Source: the human T2T-CHM13v2.0 reference genome, Homo sapiens. From it: a stretch of 64,000 bases of DNA. Position numbers and translations under genes: made by a program. The stretch lies in NCBI RefSeq assembly GCF_009914755.1, contig NC_060930.1. One strand, given 5' to 3'. The notes under the pieces were generated by a model. The model was not told the DNA's origin. It searched no databases and saw nothing but the letters and a program-made list of their open reading frames with translations. Positions 1-14,400 of this stretch are shown in pieces (within the stretch, counting starts at the first letter, position 1; each line of letters begins with the position of its first letter).

Positions 1-1539
1 AAATTATAAATGCATTTCTTTTTATTTTATCTTTATAGATTTATCTACTTGAATTACTTTCATAATACAAAAGTATATAAACAGTTTTTTTAAAAAAAGC
101 AATTCACTATCTGGCAACTACTCTCTCCCATGCTCCAGTGGAAGTATCTTCCCTGGGGTTCAATTTAATGTTACACCTTCAAACTTTATAGAGGGCAACA
201 TAAAAGGTACTTTGTTCAACATTTTACCTGGGTATTGCGTGATTTTGTGCTTAAAACACTGACTGCTGTGTTCCTCCAAACCACCTATGTAAGAAACTGC
301 ATGACAGATTCCTCCTAGAGCTTGGTTCCTGTGATTATTTTAACCAACAATAAAATTATATCCAAACTATTTCAGCTTTGCCTGAGCTACCAGGAAACAC
401 AAAGAGGCAAACTCAATGTCCTGTTATAAAAAAGGTTTTATTTTAACAGTCTAAAAACATGTCCTCTCTCTGTCCCTTACAGATGCTTGCTGCTCTACTC
501 TTCTTTCTAATCCTACTTGTAACTTTTACATTAATATAGTTTTATATGGCACATCAAACCCCTTTAGGAAAAGGTGAATGTAAATTGTAAATAAAACATG
601 ACTTGGTCATTCTAAGAGGGGTAACAGAAAATGTTTCATCTGCTTTAAGTCATGTTGATGCATTACAGCATCATCTTAACTCTACTCACCTGAAAAATTT
701 CCACATCTAAGCTCTAAAAACCTTTAAAAAGGTGGCAAATTGGAGAATAGCATAAAGCCATTAGATTCATGTAGTCTTTGTTTTTGTAGTGAGCTTATTA
801 GTGATGGCCTTTTGGTTTAAACACTGCCTTTAAGCCTTCGATCCTGGATGCCACCAGGTAATTCATGTTTAAAGAGTCCAAAAAGAAGTATGCACAGTAA
901 AATCATTATCTCCACAATTAATACTTCCACATTACATCAAATAAATATTGTAAAGCATTTGCCACGTGCTGAGACTTGCTGGGCAGTGGGAATAAATGGA
1001 GACTACCAAAAGCACTGGACCTGCCATGAAAGAGCACAGTATTCCTCTTCTCTCTGATCTGGCACAGGGCATGATCTTTGTTGATTTTGTTCTTCCATGT
1101 CTTACTCTCTGAACCATGATGATGACTAAATTCTGAATCTAATAGGAATCAGATTTCAGATAATTCCCTAAAGCAGTCTGCCAACATTGCAGTAAGAGCA
1201 ATTAAAGGAATCAGGAAAGTAGAATGCTGCTTTCATTTCATTAGGAGGGTAATATTAATCTAATCTTTGGACAAAGTGAAAAACAACATTGGATAATTAC
1301 TTTTCAGTTGAAAGATTTCACACTTAAATTTTTTAAATTCCCCCCAGTTGAATAGTTTATATCCACTACTTTCATTCCTCTCTATGCTCCCATCTCTTAA
1401 AGTAATCTGGTTTGGCTCCTCCTTCTTCACTGAACCTTCCCAAGAACCACAAATCTGCATTGTTGCTATCCTCAAAGGCCCTTTTTCTGTTTCTGTTTTG
1501 CCCTCTTTCTCCTTGCATTCCTTGTAGTTTTTAACATGT

Positions 1540-1990
1540 TTCATCTTGAAGTAATGCTATCAACCTCTGGGATGAGGCAGCATTTCCTGAAGCTATTCCT
1601 TCTTGTTGGTCACTTTGATGACTGCTTTTGTCAATCCTTCCCCACCTCCCCAAACACAGGCTTTTCACAAGGTTGGAACCTTTGCCCCCTCTCTCAAATA
1701 TTCATACTACTTCTTCTGGAAAACTCATTGACTATTAATACTTCAATTATCATTTCTATATGTATGCCACCCAAATCTTTAGCTATCAAAGATGCAGGCC
1801 CACATCTCCAAAGACGAAGTGGTTGGTTCGCATAGACATCCCACCATTGCTTTTAACTCAATATATTTAAAATAAAATTTCTCATCTCCCCTAAACACAC
1901 ACTCACTCGATGACTATTTTGGTTCATAGGCCTCTCAAGCACCCAGACCTCATACCTCTGAGTCATCTCTGAAAACTGTTACTCAAACCA
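1540..1990 (+). mobile_element. L2 LINE fragment, highly diverged
   Basis: Pyrimidine-rich L2 3'-region phrasing (cttcaattatcatttctatatg...cccaaatct; actcaatatatttaaaataaaatttctcatctcccc). Boundaries approximate. Confidence 0.55.
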
Positions 1991-2039
1991 TCAGGTTTAA
2001 CTCAAATACTCATTTGAATTAGTTAGCTTGTTTTTTTGA

Positions 2040-2260
2040 GTGCTAAGTCTTGATTTTCTCATCTGTAAAATGGGGTTAAAGTAGAGGTCAGATGAGAAGG
2101 TCAGATCACAGGTGTGACTGTAATCAAGAACTTAGACTGCCGCATTCATACTGGATGCCATGTGCATATTAAATTGTTTCACTCAGGCCAGTACATGACA
2201 TATAATACATACTCAATAAATATTTGCTGATCAAAAGAACGAATGAATAACTGATTGAGT
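2040..2260 (+). mobile_element. MIR core fragment followed by an L2-like 3' terminus
   Basis: ttttctcatctgtaaaatgggg (MIR core) at about 2055; actcaataaatatttgctga...gaatgaata tail at about 2210-2250. Confidence 0.55.
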
Positions 2261-3515
2261 TAATGTGACCTTTCCTTCTTTTGAATTCCTATTGCATTTA
2301 CTGTCTGCTATATCATCCATTTGACTCAGATTATATACTACTCAGTCTCCTGTTAACATTTTAACTATATTTGACCTGACTTCTTGGATAGGCATTCAGA
2401 TTCTTCAGATTAGACACCTAACTTACCCTTCCTTGTGTTTCTTACAGGGCCCAGCAAAGTCCTTAGACATAGCAGGCATGCACTACTATTTGACTTTATA
2501 TCTCATTTATAAGTCTTAAATGTATATCAGCTAATTTTTTCCAGTAAAGGAAAGTGGTACACATTATTTTGCAAGCACATATTCTTGAGGCTTTTTAAAT
2601 TTGTGACTCATACCTTGGTTCAGAAACTAACACTAAACAGTGATTTTAGTGGCATGATGAAAGAGGGTTTAGTCAGGCCTCCTCACTTTTCAGATTTGCT
2701 TCAGTTCAGCCATAAAATTCCTTCCCAGCTGTATACCAATAGCCAGGGGCATTTTTACCCCGATATAAAATGTAATCAAGCTGCTTCTAGCTATGTTAAA
2801 GTAATCTATATACTGTGGAATTACAACTACGCAGCATGCCAGAAATAAGAGAATTTTTTAAAATGTCTTACTTCACGATGGCATTTCTACACTCAAGCAA
2901 ACAACTTTCCTGTCTTTCTTCCTCCTCTCTTAAAAAAAAAAACTTGCTCCTCAAGGGGAAAAAAAACAGTACCCACACACTGGCCAGCAGAGTAATTATG
3001 ATGAAAGGGGAAATATGTACGTGTCAAACAGCACAGCACAGCTTGGGTTATCTGGTCTCTATGAAGAGAACTTTTCAGTTAAATGTGAGTGGGTGAAATT
3101 GCTGTGTCACCCACAAAAGTATTTTCATTACCAATTTCCTGGCAGACTTTTACTCACAGCTCTATCTTTATTACTCTGAATACTGGCACATTAAATATCC
3201 TAAGATCTAATAAAATAGAAATGAATGAATGATGGGCACTTCCCAGTCACATATGAGCCCAACAGGGTTTTGCATCTCATAAGTTACAAGTAACTCCCAT
3301 GGGCCAGGCACATCAGAGACAGATTAGTATAATGGGCCTAAAGACTCAGTACATTTACCAGCTTGAGTGACTCTTTAATTTCTGTTTCTGAAATAAACTT
3401 CTCCTAGGTGTGGTTTTGACAGTTTGTGCTCCCTCAAACTCTCCTAATATAGAACTTTTAATATAGAGTGCTAATGGGGCAACCATGAAAAGTATGGATT
3501 CCTATATAATAGCCC

Positions 3516-3913
3516 TTTATTAGTTTTCTAGGTCAGCTTTAACGAAGTACCACAAACCGAGTGGCTCAAACAACAGAAATTTATTGTTTCACAGTTCTGG
3601 AGGCCTGAAACCTGAGATTAGGGTGTCAGCAGGATGTTCACCCCAAAGGCATCAACCTTAGAAGGATGGTTCCAGGTCTGTCTCCTAGCTTCTGGGAGTT
3701 CCTTGGATTTGGGGAGCCTAACTCCAATTTACACATGACATTCTTTCTGTGCGCATGTATCTCCATGTCCAAACTTCTCTTTGTTATAAAGATGCAATCT
3801 TCACCATAACTTGATCATCTACAAAGACCCTGTTTCCAAATAAGGTCAAATTTACAGGTACTGGGAGTTAGGACTTCAATATTTTTAGAGGGGACAGAAT
3901 TCAAACCATAAGA
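3516..3913 (-). mobile_element. MLT1 (MLT1B/C-like) MaLR solo LTR
   Basis: Antisense MLT1 motifs: gtaccacaaaccgagtggctcaaacaacagaaatttattgtttcacagttctggagg and aaagaccctgtttccaaataaggtc...aattcaaaccataa. Confidence 0.85.
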
Positions 3914-4230
3914 ATCCCCATTCAGTCAGTGTGGTTAATCCCAATACATGAGGGAGAGCAACAAAAGTCAACCTTAGCAACACAGATAAACAAGCAACAT
4001 TGGTATTTGAAGCCACAGAAATGATAATGCCTTCCACTCTTCTGAATCATAATTCACATTTAGGTTAGATCAAATTTTGTTTTTTTTTCCTAAAAAGTAA
4101 GCAAAACTGTCTAAAATGAAGGAACGATGACTCCTAAATAATCATACAAACTAACTTTTCCCATATGAATCACCATGAGAATAAAAACTGGAGCATTATC
4201 AGCTATACATGAAGATAAATGGACATCTTA

Positions 4231-4562
<332 letters not shown>

Positions 4563-5778
4563 AATAACAACAATGAAAACAGGGAGGGATGTCAGCAAGA
4601 TGATGGATTAGGAGATTCTAGATGTCATGCCCCGCCAAAACACCAATTTTGGTAACTACCCATGGATGAGTATATCTTTGTGGGAATCACAGAGTCTAAC
4701 TGATATTTCAGCACTCCAGGGGAACACAAAATCCAAGAGTGGACGCACTGAAAAGGCTAGACATAAATCCTATTAATCAGCTTTCACATTCCACCAAGAG
4801 GTTTGCCCGCAGAATGACTCACCTGAGGACCATCATAATCAGCTGACACATGCCTCCAGGACCCCACATGCCCTCCCCATGGACAGTACCCTGTGCATAG
4901 CCCACATAAAATCCCATTCATAGCACACATATCTCAACAGAAGGTGTGGATCTTAGCAGACAGCTCAACCCTGCTGATTTGAATAACCTTGAACATTGCC
5001 CTAGGAAAAATAAATGGGAGCCTCATAGCACCAGACCTGGTGTTGCAGAATCCAGAGACAGCACACAACCCCTAAAATTTCTCCTCTTATAGAGAACAAG
5101 AAGAGTAAAATTGATACATCCAGAAAAAGTCTGAGAGACTCCCAGAATCTCTAGCTGGGCTTGCTGGTGAAGGTCTTTCTCTCTTGAAGCCAGTCAGTAA
5201 AGAGTAGAGAAGACGATTACTTCTTCAAATGCAACAAGAGTAACACAAGTCTACAAGGAGCACAAAGAATCAAGGAAATATAGCAGCACCAAAGTAACAA
5301 AATAAAGCTCCAGTGGACTAACCCCAAAGAAAGGGAGATTTATAAATTCCATGATAAGTAAATCAAAATAGCCATCCTAAAGCTCAGTGAACTATGAGAG
5401 AGTGCAGAACACTAGACAAAATCAGGAAAACAATACATGAAAAGAAAATCGGAAGTTCAATAGAGACAGAGAAACCACAAAAAAAGAGCCAAACAAATTC
5501 TGGAGCCAAAGAATACAATGTCTAAAGTGAAAAAAAGAATAGAGAGCTTCAATAGAAGAATCAGTCAAGTAGAAGAAAGAACCAGCAAACACTAAGACAG
5601 ATCATTTGAAATTACCCAGTCAGAGGAACAAAGATAATAACAATAATAATGAAAAGAGTGAAGAAAGCATATAGGACTTATGGGACACTGTCAAGCAGAC
5701 CAATAAGCATATCATGGAAATCTCAGAAGGATCAGAGAAAAAGAAAAAGGCTAGAAGGTTATTTAAAGAAATGATGAT

Positions 5779-6093
<315 letters not shown>

Positions 6094-7245
6094 AATGATG
6101 ACACAAAACTTCCCAGATCTGGAGCAGGAAATGAACATGTGGCTACATGAAACCCAAAGAACTCCAAATAGGTTGAGCATAAAGAGATCTTCATTGAGTC
6201 ACATCTTAATCAAATTGTCAAAAATCAAAGTCAGAGAATTTTGAAATCAGCAAGAGAAAAGCTGCTCATCTCATCACTTACAAAGGAAGCTGCATAACAT
6301 TATCAGAACATTTCTCAGGAGAAACCTTGCAGGCAGGAGAGAATGGAATGATATATTCAAAGTGTCAAAGGAAAACAATCACCAACCAAGTATATTGCAT
6401 CCAGCAAGCTGTTATTCACTGGTCAAAGTAAATATAGAGTAAATTCACAGTACAATAATACTGTAATGATGGTGCAGAAATCATTTTTAGTCTAGTGTTA
6501 AGGTTAAAAAGACAGAAGTTTTAAAAAATATAGCTTCAATAACTTGTTAATGATTACATATTATAAAAAGATGTCAGTAGTGAAATCAATAACATAAAAT
6601 GGGGTGAATAAAAGTTTAGAGTTTTCATATGTAATTAAAATTAAGTTGTTATAAGTTTAAAATACTGTTATAAGATGTTTTATGTAAGACTCATGATCAT
6701 CACAAAGAAAAAATCTGTATTAGATGCACAAAAGATAAAGGAATAAAAGCATACCACTACAAAAAAATCAGGCTAGAACCTCCTGATTCAAATAACAAAG
6801 AAAGACAGCAAGAGAGAAAGGAACAAAGGAGCTACAACACAGTAAGAAAACTATTAGACGCCAGAAAAGTGGCTCTAAATAAAAGAAAACAATTAGCAAA
6901 ATGACAATAGTAAGTCCTTACCTATCAATGACCACTTTAAATCAGTTTAAATTTATTACATTTTCCAACCAAAAAACAAAGACTAGCTGAATGGATTTAA
7001 AATAAAACAAAAACAAGATCCATCTAGATGTTGCCTATAAGAGACATATTTTAGTTTTAAGGATATACTTAGGCTTAAAGTGAAGACATTAAAAAGATAT
7101 TTCATGTAAATGCTAACCAAAAGAGAGCAAGAGTAGCTATATTTATATCAAAGACACTTTAAGTGAAAAACTGTCACAAGAGACAAAGAATGTGATATAA
7201 TTATAAAAGGATCAATTCCTCAAGAAGATATAACAAGTATAAACG

Positions 7246-7563
7246 CAGTGGATCCTCTGTATGCACAGCTTTCACATCCACCAGTTCCACAAATTAAAAA
7301 TACAGTTAGGGTTACAATGGTTACATCTGTACCAAACATGTAAGAACTTTTTTTTCTTGTAGTTATTCCCTAAACAATACAGCATAACAACTACTTGGGT
7401 CACATATATATGTATTCGATATCACAAGTAATCTAGAGATGATTTAAAGTATATAGGAGTATATGTATAGGTTATATGCAAATACTATGCCATTTTATAT
7501 GAGACTTGAGCATCTGTAAATGGGGTGATGGAATCAATTTCCAAGGATACCAAGGAATGACTG
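7246..7563 (-). mobile_element. MER2-family TcMar-Tigger MITE inserted in the host L1 ORF2
   Basis: cagt...gactg termini; internal ttccctaaacaatacagcataacaac and gtaatctagagatgatttaaagtata...ggttatatgcaaatact, the reverse complement of motifs in the 56849-57177 copy. Confidence 0.8.
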
Positions 7564-8195
7564 TATATATGCATTCAACATTAGAGCACTTAAATATATG
7601 AAACAAACACTAACAGAACTAAAGGGAGGAATATACAGCTTTACAATAATAGTAGGTAAATTCAATACCTCACTTTTAACTATGGATAGATTACCCATTT
7701 AGAAAACCAGTACAGAAACAGTGAACTTGAACAACACTATAGAAAAATAGACCTAACAGACATAAACAGATCATTCTATCCAATAGCATTACAATACATA
7801 TTCTTCTCAAAGGCACAAGGAATATTCTCCAGTATGGATCACATGTTAAGCCACAAAACAAATCTTAACAAATTTCAGTAGACTGAAATTATATCAAGTA
7901 TATTTTCTAACAATAACAGTATGAAACTAAAAATCAATAAGAGGAAAATTGGAAATCTTATAAATATGCAAAATTAACAAATACACTCCTAAAGAACGAA
8001 TGAGTGTAAGAAGAAATCAAAGGGGAAATCAAAAAATATCTTGAGACAAACAAAATTGGAAATATAACGTACAAAACTTACAGGGTGCTGAGGAAAAAAA
8101 GCTCAAAGAATAAAGTTTGGTGCTATAAGGTCTACATCAAGAAAAAATAAAAATCGCAAATAAACAACCTAACTGTATACCTCAAATGAACTAGA

Positions 8196-8495
<300 letters not shown>

Positions 8496-9285
8496 AAAAG
8501 AACTGGATTTTAAAGAAGCAAATGAAGCACAAAATTAGCAGAAGAGAGGAAATAATGTTAGGAGTGAAATAAATGAAATAGAAACTAGACAAACAATTGG
8601 AAACTTCAACAAAAATAAGAATTTTTTTTTAGATAAACAGAATTGACAAACCTTTAGCTAGAGTAAGAAAAAAAGAGAGGAAACCCAAGTAAAAATATAA
8701 ATTAAAGGGAAAGCATTTTAATTTATACCACATAAAGAACCATAAAATTCTACTGTTAAAAAATTATATTCCAACAAACTGGATATAAATACACTGAACC
8801 GACAGCACATTAAAATAATCATATGAAATAATCAAGTAGGATTTATCTCTGGGATGCAAAGATAGTTCAACAGACACAATAAACATGAAGACATTAACAG
8901 AATGAAAGAAAAAATAATATGTTTATGTCAATAGATTCAGAAAAAAAAGCATTTTGTAAAATTCAACACCATTTTATGATTTTAAAAAACCTCTCAAGAA
9001 ATTAGGTAGGAAGGAATGCACCTCAACATTATAATAAAGACCATATGTGACAAGCCCACAGCTAACATCGTACTTATTAGTGGAAAACTAAAAGCTTTTT
9101 CTCTAAGGTCAGGAAAAAGAAGTGTATGTGCACACTCACACTTCTATTCAACATAATCCTGGAAGTCCTAGCCAGAGCAAATAGGAAAGTAAAAGCAATA
9201 AAAACCATTCAAATCAGAAAGGAAGAAGTTAAATTGTCTCTGTTTGCTCATGACATAATCTTACATATAGAAAATCCTAATGTCT

Positions 9286-9306
9286 ACACACACACACACA
9301 CACACA
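9286..9306. repeat. (CA)n microsatellite in the host L1
   Basis: About 10 AC units read directly. Confidence 0.9.
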
Positions 9307-9568
9307 AACTGTTAGAAATGATTAATGAATTCAGTAAAGTTGCAGGATACAAAATCAACATATGAAAATCAGTTGTGTTTTTATACACCAATAACAAACT
9401 ATCTGAAAAAGAAATTACAAAAACAATGCCATTTGTAATAGCATTAAAACAACACAACATTTATGCATAAATTTAACAAGGAGATGAGAAATCTATACTC
9501 TGAAAACCACAAAATATTTTTTCACACTCTTTAGACACTACAGAGTGAAAACTATAAAACATTGATGT

Positions 9569-9873
9569 GGCCGGCGCAGTTGCTCATGCCTGTAATCCCA
9601 GCACTTTGGGAGGCCGAGGCGGGGGGGTTCACCTGAGATCAGGAGTTCGAGACCAGCCTGACCAACATGGAGAAACACCGTCTCTACTAAAAAATACAAA
9701 ATTAGCCGGGTGTGGTGGTGCATGCCTGTAATCCCAGCTACTCGAGAGGCTGAAGAAGGAGAGAATCACTTGAACCCAGGAGGCGGAGGTTGCGGTGAGC
9801 TGAGTGCGCACCATTGCACTCCAGCCTGGGCAACAAGAGTGAAACTGCGTCTCAAAAAAAAAAAAAAAAAAAA
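9569..9873 (+). mobile_element. Alu (AluSp-like)
   Basis: accaacatggagaaac and caacaagagtgaaact diagnostics, long polyA, attgatg repeated on both flanks. Confidence 0.95.
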
Positions 9874-10005
9874 TTGATGCAAGCAATTAAAATAGACACA
9901 AATAAACCGAATGATATCCCATGTTCATAAACTGGAAGAGTCAATATTGTTAAAATGTTTATACTACCCATGGAAAACTACAGATTCAATGCCAGAGGCA
10001 CTTTC

Positions 10006-10317
10006 TTTTTTTTTTGTTTCTTCTTTTTTTTTTTTGAAACAGAGTCTCGCTCTGTCGCCCAGGCTGGAGTGCGGTGGGGCGATCTCGGCTCACAGCGAGC
10101 TCCGCCTCCTGGGTTCACACCATTCTTCTGCCTCAGCCTCCGGAGTAGCTGGGACTACAGGCGCCCACCACCACGCTCGGCTAATTTTTTTGTATTTTTA
10201 GTAGAGACGGGGTTTCACCATGTTTGCCAGGATGGTCTCCATCTCCTGACCTCGTGATCCGCCCACCTCGGCCTCCCAAAGTGCTGGGATTACAGGCGTG
10301 AGCCACCGCGCCCGGCC
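10006..10317 (-). mobile_element. Alu (AluY-like), antisense, CpG-rich
   Basis: Many CpGs retained; TSD ccag(a/t)ggcactttc at 9992-10005 and 10319-10332. Confidence 0.95.
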
Positions 10318-11024
10318 TCCAGTGGCACTTTCACAGAAATAGAAAAAATAATTCTAAAATTTGTATGGACTCACAAAGAACCCTGAATACCCAAAGCCAC
10401 CTTGAGAAAGAACAAAACTGAAAGTATTACACTTCCTCATTTCAAATTATTTTACAGAAGAAGGAAAACAGGAATCTTCCAGAATCGTTAAGGACACTCC
10501 AGATCCCAGGAAGGAGAATGCTGGCAAACAGCCCCCATGATGGTGTCTGACTGATAAACATGAGTGAAGCCCAGTCTGCGAAAGAAGCAGAGACATCCTC
10601 TGTGACTCTTCTTTACACTGGGGATCTGTGTAACCCAAACCTTGAGCAACCCAAACCTAGAGAGTGCGCTTTGTTTCTCCCAAACCCTGGCGCTAACTCG
10701 GGAAAAGGCCAGCTACTCGAGACACTGGGAAAGACACCGGGAAAAGGTACAGAAATTTTCCCACACCTGGACCTAGAACTGGACACCATTTTTAATTCAG
10801 GTGAATACAAAGTCAGCCATTCTTTGGACATTTGCTGGCATGCTCACACAGGCATTTTAGACTCAGATTGGAGCACCTGCTCTCCTCCATTCCATTGCAA
10901 GACTGGAACAGGAGAACTGCTATAGCTGTAGCTTCTGCTGAAGAGTGAGACTTAAGCCAGAGCCATCTTGGCCACCTAGAACTGGTCTGCATGTGCCATT
11001 GTTGGGGCCTTAGGCTGTTTCCCT

Positions 11025-11365
11025 AAGATCATGGTGTGGCACAGCCCTCTCCACTCCACACCCAAGCATATCTCCAGGCATCTGGAGCACCCACTTGTCT
11101 GGTTCAGCAGCTTGATTCACCCTATCCTTCCTGGACATAGATCATGGTGCAGCGAAGCTTTTTCTGCTCCGTTCCCAGGCAGATCTCCAGGCATTCCAAG
11201 CACCTGCTTGCCTGGATCAGCTGCCAGAGCTACCCTATGCAGAGTGCCAGACCTCCTATGCAGAGATCTTGGTGCAGGGGAACCCTCCTTGATCCATGCC
11301 AGGCAGATCTCCAGGCATCTGAAGTACCCATTATCTTGGATTAGGAGTTTAGACCCCTCCCCCAC

Positions 11366-11409
<44 letters not shown>

Positions 11410-11440
11410 ACACATCCCCATGCAGAGAACTTGGGGCTGA
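11025..11440 (+). repeat. Degenerate tandem repeat of about 115-125 bp in the L1 5' UTR
   Basis: tctccaggcat recurs at 11071, 11184 and 11308, each preceded by agatc(a/t)tggtg. Confidence 0.8.
11369..11406. repeat. (CA)19 microsatellite
   Basis: Uninterrupted AC run read directly. Confidence 0.95.
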
Positions 11441-14400
11441 GTAGGCTTCCCAGCTCTGTGCCAAGGTATATTTCTGCGTGCCTGGTGTTACCCACTGGAT
11501 TCTCACACAGCACAGGTGCTTGTGCCTGCCATCAGGGGACCTGCCCAATTCAGTCCCACCAATTGTTGCCCCCACTGCCTCCGGGCTGAGCAGAGAACTC
11601 ACACCACTGTGCATTCCATGAACCAGCCCATTGCCTCAGGTAACAAAGAGCTTCTGCCAGTAAACAAGGATCAAGTATATACCCAGCCATGTTGGCCACA
11701 GCCAGCTCTTACCTATAAGTGCCATCTGCTGGCTCGTTGGTCAAACTGCACAGCCCAATATAAAATCTGCCAAAAACAGTGCATAAGACTATAGAAGTAA
11801 AGCCAAAAGACCCTATTCAGCATTCTCTACAGTTGCATCCCCTGGTGAGGTAGAGGGGAAGAAGGAAACAGAAAGGAAAAACATATATATTACAGGGAAA
11901 GAAAGAAAAAGAAAAAATCCCTCCTGCACAAAAATAATTACAAAAATTAGAAGTGCCGGTGTCTCCAGATGAGAAGGAATCAGTGCAAAAATTCTGGCAC
12001 CATGAAAAATCTGAATGTAGTAACACCACCAAAAAAATCACACTAGCTCTCCAGCAATGGTCACCAACAAAATGGAAACTCGGAAATGACAGATAAAGCA
12101 TTTAAAGCATGGATTGCAAGGAAGCTCAACAAGCTCCAAGGTAAGATTGAAAATCAACACAAAGAAACTTCTAAAGCAATCTAAGAAATGAAGGAAAAGA
12201 TAAACATCATGGAACGAAATCAATCAGAGCTTCTGGAATTTAAAAACTCACTTAAGGAATTTCAACGTACAATTGAAAGCTTTATCAATAGCCTGGATCA
12301 AGCAGAAGAAAGAATTTCAGAGCTTGAAGACTAGTCTCTTTAGCTAACCCAGACAAAAATCAAGAAAAAAGAATTTTTTTAATGAACAAAGTCTTCAAAA
12401 AAATATGGAATTATGTAAATTGACTAAACCTACAAATTATTGGCATTCCTGAGAAAGAATGAAAAGAGAAGGATAAAAACCTGAAAAACATATTTAAGGG
12501 AATAATTCAAAAAAATCCCTAATCTTGCTAGACAGGTAGACATCTAGATACAAGAAATCCAAAGAACACTTGTGAGATACTATTCAAAATAAACATCACC
12601 AAGGCATATAGTCACCAAACTGTCCAAGGTCAACACTAAACAAAAACTCTTAAAGGTTGCTAGAGAAAAAGGTCAGATGACATACAAAGGGAAGCCCATC
12701 AGGCTAACAGCAGAAATCTTACAAGCAAGGAAAGATGGGGGGCCTGTTTGCAGCATTCTTAAAGACAAGAAATTTCAGCCAAGAATTTCATGTCCCACCA
12801 AACTAAGCTTCATAAGCAAAGGAGAAATGAAACTTTTTCAGACAAGCAAGCACTAAGGGAATTCATTACCACTAGACAAAACATATGATCATCTCAATAG
12901 GTGTGGAAAGAGCTTTCAAGAAAATCCAACATCCCTTCATGATTAAAAAAAAATGAAAAACCTCAAGAAATGATGTTCCTCAAGAAGGAATATACCTCAA
13001 AATAATAAGAACCCTCTCTGACAAACACAGAGCCAAAATCACACTGAATGGGTAAGAACTGGAAGCACTTCCCTTGAGAACTGGAGCAAGAAAAGAATGC
13101 CTACTCTTATCACTGCTAACATTGTACTAGAAGTGCTAGCCAGAGCAATCAGGCAAGAGAAATAAATAAAAGACATCCAAATAGGAAAAGAAGAAGTCAA
13201 ACTATCTGTCTTTGCAAATATGATTCTACACCTAGAAACCCCCTAAAAGCGCCGCCGCAAAAAGGCTCCTAGAACTGAAAAATCACTTTGGTAAAGTTTC
13301 AGAATACAAAATCAATGTACAAAAATCACTAGCATTTCTATGCACCAATACATTTAAGCTGAAAGCCAAATCAAGAATGCAATCTCATTTACAATGGCCA
13401 TGCAAAAAAAAATAATAATTTAGGAATACATCTAACAAGAAGATGAAAGATCTCTAAAAGAAGAACTACAAAACACTGCTAAAAGAAATCATAGATGACA
13501 GAAACAAATGAAAATCTTTCCATACTCATAGTTTGGAAGAATCAATATTGTTAAAATAGCCATACTACCCAAACCAATCTACTGATTCAATGCTATTCCT
13601 ATCAAACTACCAACATCATTTTTCACAGAACTAGAAAAAAATTCTAAAATTTATATGGAACCAAAAAAGAGCCCAAAACAGCCAAAGCAATTCTAAACAA
13701 AAAGAACAAAGCCAGAGGCATCATACTAACCAATTTCAAACTATACTATAAAGCTACGGTAACCAAGCAGCATGGTACTAGTACAAAAACAGACACATAG
13801 ACCAATGGAACAGATAGAGAATCCAGAAATAATGCTGCATACCTACAGCTATCTTACCTTTGACAAAGCTGACAAAAATAAGCAATGAGGAAAGGACTCT
13901 CTATTCAAAAAAATGGTGCTGGGATAACCGACTAGTCATATGCAGAAGAATGAAACTGGACCCCTACCTTTCACCACATACAAAAATTAACTCAAGATGG
14001 GTTAAATATTTAAATGTAAGAGCTCAAAGTATAAGAATCCTAGAAAAAAACAGAGGAAACACCATTCTGGACATTGGTCTAGGAAAAGAATTTGTGACCA
14101 AGTCCTCAAAAAAAACGTATAAGTGGGACCTAATTAAACTAAAGAGCTTATGCACAGTAAAAGAAACTATCAACAGAGTAAATAGACAAGCTAGATAGAA
14201 TGGGAGAAAATACTTGCAAACTACACATCAGACAAAGGTCTAATATCCAGAATCTATGAGGAACTTAGACAATTGCATAAACGAAAAACAATCCCATTTA
14301 AAAATGGGCAAAAGACATGAAGAGGCACTTCCTCAAAGAAGAGATACAAGTGGCCAAAAAACATATTTAAAAATGCTTGGCATCACAAATCATCAGAGAA

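Noticed and set aside
1128-1165. Short imperfect stem tctgaatct...agatttcaga
   Set aside because: Short, gapped and AT-rich; within chance expectation.
11025-11440. Regularly spaced repeats as a CRISPR-like array
   Set aside because: The whole 115-125 bp unit is degenerate-repeated with no unique spacers; it is an L1 5' UTR tandem repeat in a primate genome.
10560-11794. Overlapping longer ORFs (up to 165 aa) and raised GC as a gene or CpG-island promoter
   Set aside because: They lie in the 5' UTR of the L1PA15/16-like element; CpG is depleted and the ORFs run through a CA repeat.
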